The position numbers and the translations under genes were made by a program. Below are positions 9,096-18,796 of a stretch of DNA of 27,380 nucleotides, one piece after another. The DNA lies in contig JANLPS010000300.1 of NCBI GenBank assembly GCA_031367385.1, positions 1 to 27,380 on the forward strand. Direction: 5' to 3'. Numbering within the stretch: position 1 is the stretch's first letter; every line of letters starts with the position of its first letter. Under the pieces are notes generated by a model that was given only the letters and a program-made list of their open reading frames with translations, did no database searches and was not told the origin of the DNA. This DNA is from Archangium sp. (GTDB lineage: Bacteria > Myxococcota > Myxococcia > Myxococcales > Myxococcaceae).

Positions 9096-10472
9096 TTACG
9101 CGACGGTCGTGGTGAAGGTCGACTCGGGCATCGCCAGACCGCGCGGAGGCTGACCCAACCGCGTCGTCACCATCGCGCCCAACGCAATCATCGCCGCCAG
9201 CGCCCAGACGATCACGCCGACCACCGGTATCTGCCAGACCACCACCATCAGCAGCACCCCAATCGCCAGCACCAGGGCTTGCGTGCGGCGCAGGCGGCCC
9301 GTCGGTATCAGCGAGCCGACCGAGTTGCCCACCACCGCCAACCCGATCGGTATCGAGAGCGCCATCGTCACCCACAGCAGCGCCAACACCGGCCAGCCGA
9401 TGAAGGTGAAGAACAGCACCACCGAGACCGGCAGCAAGGCAATCAGCGCCAAGAACCCGACGATGCCGTTCTTGACCGGCTCGGCGCGAATGCTGCTCTC
9501 GACCAACTTCATGCGCTGCGGAGCGAACATCATCAGCACGAAGCCCAGCCCGAACAACACCGCGAAGAAGGCGAAGAAGCTGCCCACCGACGCGCCGGGT
9601 GACGACGCCTTCTGCTCTTCGATGTCTTTCTTCTTCTCGACCTGGTGCTTGACGACTTTGTCGGCAATGGAATGACCGAAGCCCGCGCTGCCCATCGACA
9701 CCACTTCACCGTGAACCTTGGCGTTGCCTTCTTTGATCACCCGGCCGCCGAACGAGACCGCGTCGCCCTCGACCACCGCGTTGTCTTGGAGCACCACGTC
9801 GGCGCCAAAGGCCACCGCGTCGCCTTCGACCACCGCGTTCGACTCGACGATCACTGGGCCGCCGTAGGCGATCGCCGACTCGACCCTGGTGTTGCTCTTG
9901 ACCACCATCGGGCCACCCGTCGCCACCACGTCACGCTCGGCGTCGCTGCGGGCGCGGGCCTCTTCGGCGCGGGCACGCACTTCTTCCATTCGCGCCTCGA
10001 CCTCTTCGCGGCGGGCATCGGCCACTTCTTGCGCCTGGTCACGAATCTCTTGAGCCCTGTCACGCGCTTCGTCAGCTTGCTCGCGGGCACGGTCAGCGGC
10101 CTCACGAATCTCGTCGGGGTCTGGCAGGTTCAAGCCATGCCCCGGCGCCACCGGCGGCCGCGGCGGCACGGGGGGAATCGGAGGGATGGCCGCGAGGTCA
10201 GCGCCTCCGCGCTTGATGACCCACAGCTTGCCCTCGTGGGTCAACTGCAGATCGTACACTCTGCCCAAGGTCTGCAACGCCTCTTCAGGCGCCACATCGG
10301 TCAAGTGCACTTGCACCTGCTCGGTGAGGTCTGAGGCGATCACCACATTGAGCCCACCACTCTCGGCGATTTGACGAATCGCTTCTTTGAGCGGGCCGTC
10401 ATACTTCACTGAGACCGAGCTCGACGAGCCAGCCGCGAGCGCCACTGCCAACAAGACACCATTCAACGTCAT
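9096..10472 (-). CDS. Membrane protein: signal peptide, STN-like domain, coiled coil, beta-helix (bactofilin-like) repeats, multi-TM C terminus
   Basis: ATG 10472 overlaps the upstream stop (ATGA). PLKEAIRQIAESGGLNVVI...EEALQTL is STN-like. Repeats NAVVEGDAVAFG/NAVVEGDAVSFGG are followed by about 5-6 hydrophobic helices. Confidence 0.8.
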   Translation of the reverse strand: MTLNGVLLAVALAAGSSSSVSVKYDGPLKEAIRQIAESGGLNVVIASDLTEQVQVHLTDVAPEEALQTLGRVYDLQLTHEGKLWVIKRGGADLAAIPPIPPVPPRPPVAPGHGLNLPDPDEIREAADRAREQADEARDRAQEIRDQAQEVADARREEVEARMEEVRARAEEARARSDAERDVVATGGPMVVKSNTRVESAIAYGGPVIVESNAVVEGDAVAFGADVVLQDNAVVEGDAVSFGGRVIKEGNAKVHGEVVSMGSAGFGHSIADKVVKHQVEKKKDIEEQKASSPGASVGSFFAFFAVLFGLGFVLMMFAPQRMKLVESSIRAEPVKNGIVGFLALIALLPVSVVLFFTFIGWPVLALLWVTMALSIPIGLAVVGNSVGSLIPTGRLRRTQALVLAIGVLLMVVVWQIPVVGVIVWALAAMIALGAMVTTRLGQPPRGLAMPESTFTTTVA

Positions 10473-10960
10473 GACATCACCCTGGAACCTGTCGCTGCCG
10501 GCGACGCGAGTCGCTTGAGCCCGAGCAAGCTGAGAAGAAGCATCATCCCCAATGCGGCCACCATGGGCACTGCGGCGGTTCGCCACAGCGCTGCGAGCGC
10601 ACTGCCCATCGCTACGAACGTCTCGCGCACACCAATCACGAGCTGCGCAAGCGCCAGCCCGAAGTCACTCTTCACACTGCCCGTCGACACGTACGCGATG
10701 GCCGCGAGGCCCAGCGTCACGCCGACGATGGCCGCAGCCGTCAACACCTCGCTGCGCACCGGAGACGCCGCCGGCGCCGTGGCCACGCGGGCCATCACCT
10801 TCAGCAGAAAATCGGGGGGAGGCAGCGGGTCAGCCAAGCGAGACAGATCGTGCTCGAGCAAACGATGCGCTTCGATCAAGGCCTCGCGTTCTTCTGAATC
10901 AGGAGCCAATTGGGAGAACAACGTCTCCATCAGCTCGTCGCGTTCACGGTGGTCGCTCAT
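10469..10960 (-). CDS. Putative transmembrane anti-sigma factor
   Basis: Coupled (ATGA) to the ECF sigma gene. Cytoplasmic N terminus with PPPDFLLKVMARV, then two TM helices. Confidence 0.75.
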   Translation of the reverse strand: MSDHRERDELMETLFSQLAPDSEEREALIEAHRLLEHDLSRLADPLPPPDFLLKVMARVATAPAASPVRSEVLTAAAIVGVTLGLAAIAYVSTGSVKSDFGLALAQLVIGVRETFVAMGSALAALWRTAAVPMVAALGMMLLLSLLGLKRLASPAATGSRVMS

Positions 10961-11556
10961 TCGTTCACTCCAACGGGGTTGCTCGGCGCCTTGGGCTGCA
11001 TGCGCTGGCGCAATTTTTCTCGGGCCCGAAACAGACGAGCCATGATCGTGCCGGGTGCCACGCCGACGATCTCGGCGATCTCTTTGGTGGTGCGCTTCTG
11101 CACGTAATAGAGCGCCAATACTTCGCGGTCATCGACCGACAACGAGTTCATCGCTTCTTCGAGCGACTGCCGCTCTTGCTTGGCGATCGCCTTGTCTTCG
11201 GCGTTGGCCTCGCCGGTCGACAATGCGTAGGCGTGGTCTTCGACGTCGTCCATCCTGACCTTGGTGCGGCGGCGCAGAATGTCGAGGCAGAGGTTGCGCG
11301 CGATGGTCATCACCCACAAATCGAACGGCCGCGCGTCGTCGTATTTCTCGAGGTTCTGGTAGGCGCGAAGAAAGGCCTCCTGTGCGACCTCCGACGCCTC
11401 GCCCTCGTTCCGCAACAGGCGGAGCGAGAGCCCGAAGACCTGGCGCTGCATCGAGCGAACGAGGGCCGCGAAGGCGTTGGCATCGCCCCGTCGCGCCTTC
11501 CGCACGTCTTCGACCCAAGGCTGGCTGGTCTCTTCAGCGGCCATGCCCAAAGACAT
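10957..11556 (-). CDS. ECF RNA polymerase sigma factor
   Basis: ARRGDANAFAALV, ASEVAQEAFLRAY, WVMTIARNLCLDILRR, KEIAEIVGVAPGTIMARLFRAREKL. Start is 11556 or 11544. Confidence 0.95.
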   Translation of the reverse strand: MSLGMAAEETSQPWVEDVRKARRGDANAFAALVRSMQRQVFGLSLRLLRNEGEASEVAQEAFLRAYQNLEKYDDARPFDLWVMTIARNLCLDILRRRTKVRMDDVEDHAYALSTGEANAEDKAIAKQERQSLEEAMNSLSVDDREVLALYYVQKRTTKEIAEIVGVAPGTIMARLFRAREKLRQRMQPKAPSNPVGVNE

Positions 11557-11757
11557 GCCCAGTCGCTGACCGAGGGGGTTTAACCACTGCGAAATTGTAG
11601 TCCGCGCCGCGTTGTCCACGGGCACTGTACGAAGCCTTCGCCGAACCCATTGCGATCATTAAAGACCCAATTATTTCAACGAGATAGGAGCCCGAAAAAA
11701 CTGGAAAGGGGAACGGAAGACCCTCCCGCTCCGGTCTCACTGGGCTCTCTTACCGAC

Positions 11758-12117
11758 TCAGCGGCTTCTCGGCACGTAATCGAGGGCGGGCGAGGGCTCA
11801 TTTTTCGGAGGCCCCCCGCTGATCGCCCGCTCGAACAGGGGCAGCAGGCTCAGGTCGCCACCGAAGGTGAGCTCCCGGCTCTCGAGAGCGCGGCGAATCG
11901 GCATCGTGCCCGAGAGGGTCTTGGCGAACGTCTCAGCGCTCCCTTCAAGCATGGCGTCGACGCGCAGCCCGGGCTTGCGATCGGCGACCCAGGTCCCTGC
12001 GGCGGCGTCGAGGTACGCGCTCGAACCGTCGATGCTGACCTTGACGCACATCGGTACCTTCAGCGTCGACAGCTTGCCGGCCAACGCCTTCATTGTCTGC
12101 TCGAACGCGGCGCTCAC
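11758..12117 (-). CDS. SCP2 sterol/lipid-binding-like domain protein
   Basis: GTG 12117 overlaps the dikinase stop (GTGA). VDAMLEGSAETFAKTLSGTMPIRRALESRELTFGGDLSLL matches the SCP2 C-terminal pattern. Confidence 0.75.
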   Translation of the reverse strand: MSAAFEQTMKALAGKLSTLKVPMCVKVSIDGSSAYLDAAAGTWVADRKPGLRVDAMLEGSAETFAKTLSGTMPIRRALESRELTFGGDLSLLPLFERAISGGPPKNEPSPALDYVPRSR

Positions 12118-15100
12118 GTGGGCAACGTCCGCGCTTGAACGATTTTGATCTGCTTCTCTTTCTTGTCGTAAGCCCACTCGACGTCGACCGCGTGGGCCTT
12201 GCCGGGCTCGATCACGTCGTGAAAGAGCCTCTCGATGGTCAGGCCGACCTCGCGGAGTTCCGCGGCTTCGGCCTCGCTGAGCAAGCTGGCGTTCTCGCCC
12301 TCGGTCAGCCGGGCGATTTGACGGCCGTCTTTGGTGATCTTGCCCTGCTCAGAGGCAGTCACGTCTTCGACGCCGCCTCCGAAGCCCTTCACCGCCTGGT
12401 ACGAGACTGTGCGGCGATACCCGGTCTCTGAGTCGCGGCTCTGCAACACGCCGCTGAAGCCCACGTCGACCTGCTTCATCACCGTCAACGAAGGCTGAAT
12501 GTGCACGATGTTGTACTCGTCTTTGACGTTGTTCTCGATCGGCGCTTCGTCCCACGCGGAAGCCAGACCGTCGGCAACCGCCTCGAGCACCTTTCGGTCG
12601 GTGAACGAGTTCGGAAATGAGTCGTACTGACCCGCACCCGACTTGTAGGGCCGGTCTTCGGCCGAGTAGCTCGAGCGAATGATTTCGCTCGGCCCCTTGA
12701 GCTCGTCGATCAGCGCGCGACCCGTCTTGCTCGGCGTGCCGTCGGGGTTGAGCAGCGACTTGCGAATTTCGGTTTTGGTCAGCTCGAAGAGCCGCTCGCG
12801 GGTGGACTTGCGATACGCGGCGTCGGTGTAGAACTTCGACTTCATGAAGTTCGCGTCGGTGATCTTGCCGACGATCGGGTCGTGCAGAATCGGCTCGTCC
12901 CACGCGGCCTTGATGCCGGCGTCGCGCAGCACCTGATAGCAGCGCCCCGTGGGCAGCAACCCCCCAGGGGGTATGTATTTGGCGAGCAACGGGTGCTGCG
13001 ACATCAGCGCGAGCACCATGTTCTTTTCGCCGCCCACGCCGCGGCCGTCGACGCCGAGGCTGGCGAGCTCAGCGAACGACATCGCCTTGTCACCCAACCC
13101 GCGAATCTTCTCAGACGGGCTGTAGATGATGATGTCGTGGGTCGTGCGGTTGGGGTGCACGGTCACTTCGTGACGACCCGCCGTGTCCCACTGCTGGGCG
13201 CCTTCGTTCCACTGCTTGTATTCGACGCGTCGGTTGGTGCCCGACTTGAGCCGCTCGTCGTCGCCCACTTTTGCCAGGCCCGATGCCAACGCTTCGTCGT
13301 ACGGCATCAAGGTCAGCCCGTTGGAGTCGTCGTAGTAGACCTTCGAGGGCTTGCCGTCGGCCTTGCGCATGTTGCCAGCGAACTTCATCAGGGCGTCGAA
13401 ATCGCCACCCGTGACGATCGCCATGCCAGCGCCTCGGCCATAGACGACTGCATGCGCCTGCCCATTGGGAAACACCGACCACACGCCGCCAGCGCGAACC
13501 ATTTTCTTCTCGTCCATCTCCGGCACGATGGCGAGGTCGTTGGGGCCCGGGTTGAGCTCACGCAGCGCGTCCATCGTGGGCACGTAGACGAGGCGGTCGA
13601 ACACCACCGGCCCGACCGGGTTGAGAGGAGAAACGCCCTCGGGGTTTCGAATGCGGGTCGCGCTGATCTCTTGCTTGAGGCCGACGCCTCGCGCACGTTG
13701 GCCCAGCGCGGTCGCGTAATGCAGCGGGCCCTCTTTGACGAAGTCATCAAAGAACGCGGGGTTGGGTATCAGCTTGCCGTTCGACACGTCGGCGATGCGC
13801 GGGTCCATGAAGCGCTTGATGTTGTCGACCGAGTCGACCACCGAAGCTTGAGCGACGCCCATCGCCTGGCGAAATGCGTCGGAGCGCATGGTCGGCGAGT
13901 CGATCACCTGGCTCAGCGCGGCGCTCGCGGCAGCGAACGAGGTGCCTGCTTGGGCGTTGGAACCGCCGATGACGCGCATCTGGTCGAGGCCAGACAACCG
14001 TGAGCTCTCGACCGCGGCGCGCATCGCCATCGCGTCGGCGCGGTTCTGTTCAACGCTCGAGACGCCCTCGGGCGCAGAGACCCGTTTGCCCAGCTCTCCG
14101 CCAATCAGCCGCTCGAGCTGGCCGTCGAGCTTCCAAAGGCCCAGGCGTGCCGAGCCGTCGGTGGTCTTGTCGAACTCGGTGCGAAGCGCACGTCGCGCAC
14201 TCACCAGCGTGTCGAGCAGGCCAACCCCCGCATCGGGCTCCGACAAGGCCGCGATGGCCTTCGCCACCTCGGGTCGGGCGCCGCCGGCGTCGAAGAGCGA
14301 TTCGGCCAGCGATTCGGCGTTCGGCATCGACTTGCAGACCGCGCGAAACAATTGGGCGCTCAGCGAGAGCTTCTCGGCGTACTCGCCTTTGACGCTCTCG
14401 ACTCCGCCGCCGCGCAGGTTCTCGCGCTCGGCCGGGCTCAGGTTCGGGTCGTCGGCCGACTTCGAATCGAGCACGCCCTTGACCTTCGAAGCCAGAAACC
14501 CTTCGAGCTGCGCGGCCAACCCGAGGCTCGGGTTCTGCGCGCGGTGCGCCGAGAACGCTTCGAATTCAGGCAGGTTCTTGAGCGGAGAAAGCACAGCGGC
14601 CATCTCTGCTGGGGTCTTCATGTCTTTGGCGCGGTTCATTGCGTCGACGAACGAGACGAAGTGCTCGGGGTCTCCGCCGGCGAAGAGCGTGTTGCGAACG
14701 TACGAGTCAATCACCGCGGGCGTGTTGGCCGAAAAGTTGTGATGAATCGCGGCGTACGGAGCGGTCTCGTGGCCCTTGGGCGCCGAGTTGGGCCCATAGA
14801 CGAGCTCCCAACTCATGCGGCGCAGCTTCGAGACGACGTGGCGCGCCTCGAGCACTGCGTTGCTCGACAGGCGGGGGTTGGCGAGGGTGACCGCTCGCAT
14901 CAAAGCGTATTCGCGCTCGGTCTTGGGGTCTCCGAACGCGCTGGTGACCGACTTGGTGTTTTGGCGAAGCTCGGCGACCGCTTGAATGCCCTCGCCGCCC
15001 GCGAACAACCGCTTCTTCGGGCCCGAGATGTCTTCTGGAGCGCGAAACTGCAGCAGCAAATCAGCCAGCGAGCGCGCACGCTGCTCGGGGTCGGTGAGCT

Positions 15101-15932
15101 CTTTGAGCACGGCGGTCGACAGCGCCTGGGGGTCGGCTTCGACGAACTTTTTCGCACCGGTTTTGAGCGCAGTCGCGGCCTCGACGGCGGCCTTGTCGTT
15201 GGCGAGCTTCGACTTGGCGACGGCATCACCCAGCTCACGCCACAAGAAGGCGTCGGTGGCCTTCGCGAGTGGCTCGACCATCGCGGAGCCCGCGGGGTGT
15301 GCGGCGACTTGCTCTTGCGCGGTGGTCAGGGCCTTGAGCAGGTCACCCGCTGGGGTGCTGGTGGTCTTGAGCGCCTCGACGGCGGTCTTCACCGCGGGCC
15401 CGAAGGGGTGCAGCAGGGCCCCGCTCGTCTTGCCAAGCTGGGCCTGCAGCATCTGGGCGGTCTCGGTGCGCAGGGCGCTCCACTGGGCGTCGGGCATGCC
15501 GACGTTGGGCTGCTCAGCGCGCTCGAGCATGGCGTTGACGCGTCGGTCTTCGGCGAGCCACGCCGCGCCGGGAGCAGCCTCGTCGAGCGAGACCACCTTC
15601 TGCTTGTCGAGTTGATCGACCCACTTGCGACGGCGAATCAGCTCGGCATCGCCACGGCCGTAGACCTCGACGCCCGAGCCTCGCAGCTCTGCCCGCGCCA
15701 CGACTTTGGTCAGCAGTGATTCGGCGATGGCCTCGGAAATGGCCTCGCTGTCGGCGGCTCCGGCCTTGGTGAAGACGCCGGTGGCCAGCTCTCCTTGGGG
15801 GCCGAACAGATCTCGCGACCCTGGGCGAGCCGCTGAGAGCCCTTCGGCCGCGCGGGCCAGCACGCCGGTCGTGGCAACTTCGACGACCTTCGGTTTGAGG
15901 AGTGCGGGGAGCTTCGTGGTTTTGAAAATCAT
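12114..15932 (-). CDS. Large dikinase (PEP/pyruvate-binding ATP-grasp domain at C terminus, phosphohistidine swivel before it); glucan-water-dikinase-like architecture
   Basis: Phosphohistidine motif GQAHAVVYGRGAGM (His827, nt 13454-13452). Nucleotide-binding motifs follow: VGGEKNMVL, IIRSSYSAEDRPYKSGAGQYDSFPN, FSGVLQSRD, VDVEWAY...IVQART. Confidence 0.85.
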   Translation of the reverse strand: MIFKTTKLPALLKPKVVEVATTGVLARAAEGLSAARPGSRDLFGPQGELATGVFTKAGAADSEAISEAIAESLLTKVVARAELRGSGVEVYGRGDAELIRRRKWVDQLDKQKVVSLDEAAPGAAWLAEDRRVNAMLERAEQPNVGMPDAQWSALRTETAQMLQAQLGKTSGALLHPFGPAVKTAVEALKTTSTPAGDLLKALTTAQEQVAAHPAGSAMVEPLAKATDAFLWRELGDAVAKSKLANDKAAVEAATALKTGAKKFVEADPQALSTAVLKELTDPEQRARSLADLLLQFRAPEDISGPKKRLFAGGEGIQAVAELRQNTKSVTSAFGDPKTEREYALMRAVTLANPRLSSNAVLEARHVVSKLRRMSWELVYGPNSAPKGHETAPYAAIHHNFSANTPAVIDSYVRNTLFAGGDPEHFVSFVDAMNRAKDMKTPAEMAAVLSPLKNLPEFEAFSAHRAQNPSLGLAAQLEGFLASKVKGVLDSKSADDPNLSPAERENLRGGGVESVKGEYAEKLSLSAQLFRAVCKSMPNAESLAESLFDAGGARPEVAKAIAALSEPDAGVGLLDTLVSARRALRTEFDKTTDGSARLGLWKLDGQLERLIGGELGKRVSAPEGVSSVEQNRADAMAMRAAVESSRLSGLDQMRVIGGSNAQAGTSFAAASAALSQVIDSPTMRSDAFRQAMGVAQASVVDSVDNIKRFMDPRIADVSNGKLIPNPAFFDDFVKEGPLHYATALGQRARGVGLKQEISATRIRNPEGVSPLNPVGPVVFDRLVYVPTMDALRELNPGPNDLAIVPEMDEKKMVRAGGVWSVFPNGQAHAVVYGRGAGMAIVTGGDFDALMKFAGNMRKADGKPSKVYYDDSNGLTLMPYDEALASGLAKVGDDERLKSGTNRRVEYKQWNEGAQQWDTAGRHEVTVHPNRTTHDIIIYSPSEKIRGLGDKAMSFAELASLGVDGRGVGGEKNMVLALMSQHPLLAKYIPPGGLLPTGRCYQVLRDAGIKAAWDEPILHDPIVGKITDANFMKSKFYTDAAYRKSTRERLFELTKTEIRKSLLNPDGTPSKTGRALIDELKGPSEIIRSSYSAEDRPYKSGAGQYDSFPNSFTDRKVLEAVADGLASAWDEAPIENNVKDEYNIVHIQPSLTVMKQVDVGFSGVLQSRDSETGYRRTVSYQAVKGFGGGVEDVTASEQGKITKDGRQIARLTEGENASLLSEAEAAELREVGLTIERLFHDVIEPGKAHAVDVEWAYDKKEKQIKIVQARTLPT

Positions 15933-15987
15933 GCCCTGGCCAATGCAAAGAGGTCTGAAAATGCTGCGGTGACGGCGACCAACGAAA

Positions 15988-16914
15988 CTACGACTCTGTC
16001 TTCTTGACGTCGTCAGCCACGGGTACGGCCGGCGGCTTGGCGTACCCCTGGGGTTCGCTCTCGAGGTATTCGATGACAGGTATGCCTTTTTCTTTCGCGA
16101 CCTGGGCCGGCACGACGACGTATCCGATGTTGCTGCGCCGGGTCAGCACGGCGTTGCCTCCGTCTTGGGTCTTTACCGCGCCGTCGGGGGTTACCTCGGC
16201 CACCGCGCCACCATGGCTGCTGAACTCGGCGAGCATTGGGCCGTAGCTGTCGGTGATGCCGGTCAGGTGCGGCAGCGCTTTGCTCCCGTCGACGTTCACG
16301 AACTGCTCGCCCATCAAGCGCGAGGTGATGTTCGCCATCTGACCCTTCGAGGCGTACTCCTCGAGCTCATAGAGCTCTTGGTTCGCGGGCAGCTCTTTGG
16401 CTTTCAAGTAGTGATTGAGCGCGCCCCACAACCGGTCGACCGTCGACGTGCCCGCGGGGAAAGTGGCGTGGTTCCATTTCACCAGGGTGCCGTCGGTCAG
16501 CGTGACTTCTCCCCTGGCAGCCAGCTCACCGACGATTCGTGACATCTCGCCTGCGTGGTTCGTTGTGTAGACGGAGTGGTTCGTGCGCGCGTAACACTTG
16601 CCGTACATCGCATTGCGAACTGAGCCCGCGAGCGAGAAGAGGTCAGCCGCCAACGGTGCCGAGGGGCTGCCGTCTCTGATGGTGCCCGCGGCCGCCAACG
16701 ACTCGATGTGCTCGAAGGCCGTCTTGCCGCCCGCGAAGTCGAGCTGGTGGAGCGCGTTGAGGCGCTTCACGTCGCCTCCGATCGCGGCGACCTCGGCGTC
16801 GGCGATGACGACACCTTTGCTCCGCAGCGACTGGGCCATGAGCTCGGCGCTTGGGCGGCGGGCCGCGGAGGTGAGTACGTTGAACTTCAGACTGCTGAGG
16901 TGATTGATATTCAT
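15988..16914 (-). CDS. Tandem paralogue 4 of 4; putative papain-fold Cys-His-acid enzyme
   Basis: Single Cys107 in YGKCYART, SHGGAVAEV...TQD. Colinear with its three neighbours. Confidence 0.8.
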   Translation of the reverse strand: MNINHLSSLKFNVLTSAARRPSAELMAQSLRSKGVVIADAEVAAIGGDVKRLNALHQLDFAGGKTAFEHIESLAAAGTIRDGSPSAPLAADLFSLAGSVRNAMYGKCYARTNHSVYTTNHAGEMSRIVGELAARGEVTLTDGTLVKWNHATFPAGTSTVDRLWGALNHYLKAKELPANQELYELEEYASKGQMANITSRLMGEQFVNVDGSKALPHLTGITDSYGPMLAEFSSHGGAVAEVTPDGAVKTQDGGNAVLTRRSNIGYVVVPAQVAKEKGIPVIEYLESEPQGYAKPPAVPVADDVKKTES

Positions 16915-17861
16915 GGCTTTTTCTCGGTCGAATCGGCGGGCGGCACGGGGCTGACGGCACGTTTCGCGGCTGGCGGCGGGCTCGCGGCGTACCCTTCGGG
17001 GTGGTCTGCGTAATCAATCGGTGTCAGGCCCTGGGCCTTGGCTTCTTTGGCGGGCACGACGACGTAGCCCAGGTCGTAGCCGACCATTTCTTGCGGTACC
17101 ACCGACCCTGGTTCGTGCGAGCGGGGGCCGTAGGTGCCGATATCGGCGAACGAGCCGCCGTGGCTGCTGCCGTATTCGGCCAGCATCGGGCCGAACTGAT
17201 CGACGATACCGGTGAGCTTGGGCAGCGCCGTCGGGCCATTCACGTTGACGAAAGGCTCGCCCATTAAACGGCTGGTGATGTTGGCCATCTCACCCTTCGA
17301 GGCGTGCCAGGCGAGCTCTTCAAGCTCCGGGTTCTCGGGGAGCTCTTTTCTCTTGAGGAGGTGGTTGAGGGCGCCCCACAGCGTGTCGACGTGCGCGGTC
17401 TCGATGGGCATCGACTCCGGGTTCCACTTGACGGTGGTGCCGTCGACGGTCTTCACCTCACCCATCGCCAGCTCGCGAACGAGGCGGGCCATTTCTCCGG
17501 GGTGGTGCACCGTGTAGATCGAGTGATTCGTGCGGGCGTAGCACCGACCAAACTCGGGCACGCGGGCGGAGCCGAGCAGGGTGAACAGGTCGGCCGCGAG
17601 CACGCTCGAGGGGTCGCCATTCTTGATGGTCTTGGCGTCGGCCAACGCTTCGATGTGCTCGAAGGCGGTCTTCTCACCCTTGAAATCGAGCTGGTGCAGG
17701 GCGTTGAGGCGCTTGAGGTCACCCTGCATGCCCTCGAGCTCGTAGGGAGCGATCGAGACGCCCTTGCTCGCGAGCCGCTCGACCATCAGCTGGAGGCTGG
17801 GCCGCCGCGCCGCGGGCGTGAGCAGGTTGAACCGGGTGGGGCTCAAGTGAAGAACGTTCAT
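16911..17861 (-). CDS. Tandem paralogue 3 of 4; putative papain-fold Cys-His-acid enzyme
   Basis: Single Cys107 in FGRCYART, SHGGSFADI...SHE. ATGA overlaps at both ends. Confidence 0.8.
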   Translation of the reverse strand: MNVLHLSPTRFNLLTPAARRPSLQLMVERLASKGVSIAPYELEGMQGDLKRLNALHQLDFKGEKTAFEHIEALADAKTIKNGDPSSVLAADLFTLLGSARVPEFGRCYARTNHSIYTVHHPGEMARLVRELAMGEVKTVDGTTVKWNPESMPIETAHVDTLWGALNHLLKRKELPENPELEELAWHASKGEMANITSRLMGEPFVNVNGPTALPKLTGIVDQFGPMLAEYGSSHGGSFADIGTYGPRSHEPGSVVPQEMVGYDLGYVVVPAKEAKAQGLTPIDYADHPEGYAASPPPAAKRAVSPVPPADSTEKKP

Positions 17862-18796
17862 GGCTTCTTCACCTCGGGCGTGCCGACCGTCGCGTACCCT
17901 TTGTCGTCATCGGCCGGGTACTCGCGGGGCGTGAGGCCACGCTTCGCCACTTCTTCGGCCGGCACGACGACGTAGCCGAGGCGGCCGTCTTCCATGTCAC
18001 GCAGGGCCAGCGCGCCCTCTTCTTGCGAGCGCACGGTGCCATTCGAGACCTCGGCGACCGAGCCGCCGTGGGTGCCGAACTCGGCGGCCATCGGGCCAAA
18101 GGAGTCGACGATGTCGTTGAGGTGCGGCATCGCGCTGGCCCCGTCGACATTGACGAACTGTTGGCCCATCAACCGAGTGGTGACATTGGCCATCTGGCCG
18201 CGAAACGCCGATTGGGTGGTGCCGAAGATCTCGGGGGTGGCGGGCAGGTCTTTGAGCGTGAGCAGGTGGTTGAGCCCACCCCACAACCGGTCGACCGGCC
18301 CCTCGACGCCAGGGCCCATCGGGTTGTCGCGCACGAGGGGGAAGTTCTTCGGGTTCCACTTCGCGACGGTGCCGTCGGCGAGGGTCACCGCGCCCGTGAC
18401 AGCGAGGTCTGACACGATGCGAGCCATTTCGCCGGCGTGGTGAACCGAATAAATGGTGTGCGAGGTGCGCGCGTAGCACTTGCCGAACGTGGCGGTGCGG
18501 GCCGAGCCAGCGAGCGAGAAGAGATCGGCCGCGAGCGGCGCGGGTGATGAGCCATCGGCGAGCTTCGGCGCCGAGGCGAGGGTCTCGAGGTGCTCGAAGG
18601 TGGTCTTGTTGCCCGCGAAATCGAGCTGGTGCAGCGCGTTCATTCGCCGCACGTCACCGGCGATGGCCGCGACCTCGGCATCGTCGACGATCACCCCTTT
18701 GGCCCGCAGCGTCTGCGCCATCAGCTCGGCGCTCGGCCGTCGCGCGGGCGAGGTCAGCGCGTTGAAGCGCAGGCTGCTGAGGTGGTTGATGTTCAC
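17858..18796 (-). CDS. Tandem paralogue 2 of 4; putative papain-fold Cys-His-acid enzyme
   Basis: GTG start directly abuts the upstream TAA. Single Cys107 in FGKCYART, THGGSVAEV...SQE. Confidence 0.8.
   Translation of the reverse strand: MNINHLSSLRFNALTSPARRPSAELMAQTLRAKGVIVDDAEVAAIAGDVRRMNALHQLDFAGNKTTFEHLETLASAPKLADGSSPAPLAADLFSLAGSARTATFGKCYARTSHTIYSVHHAGEMARIVSDLAVTGAVTLADGTVAKWNPKNFPLVRDNPMGPGVEGPVDRLWGGLNHLLTLKDLPATPEIFGTTQSAFRGQMANVTTRLMGQQFVNVDGASAMPHLNDIVDSFGPMAAEFGTHGGSVAEVSNGTVRSQEEGALALRDMEDGRLGYVVVPAEEVAKRGLTPREYPADDDKGYATVGTPEVKKP

Noticed and set aside
11626..11757. Possible terminator or structured RNA (GAGCCC/GGGCTC and AGACC/GGTCT stems) and ECF-type promoter (GCAAT...CGTA on minus strand)
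   Set aside because: Stems are short and the promoter match is weak. Cannot be distinguished from chance without data.
12114..15932. Annotation as PEP synthase (ppsA), PPDK or rifampicin phosphotransferase
   Set aside because: The domain order is wrong (ATP-grasp is C-terminal) and there is no PEP-binding TIM barrel.
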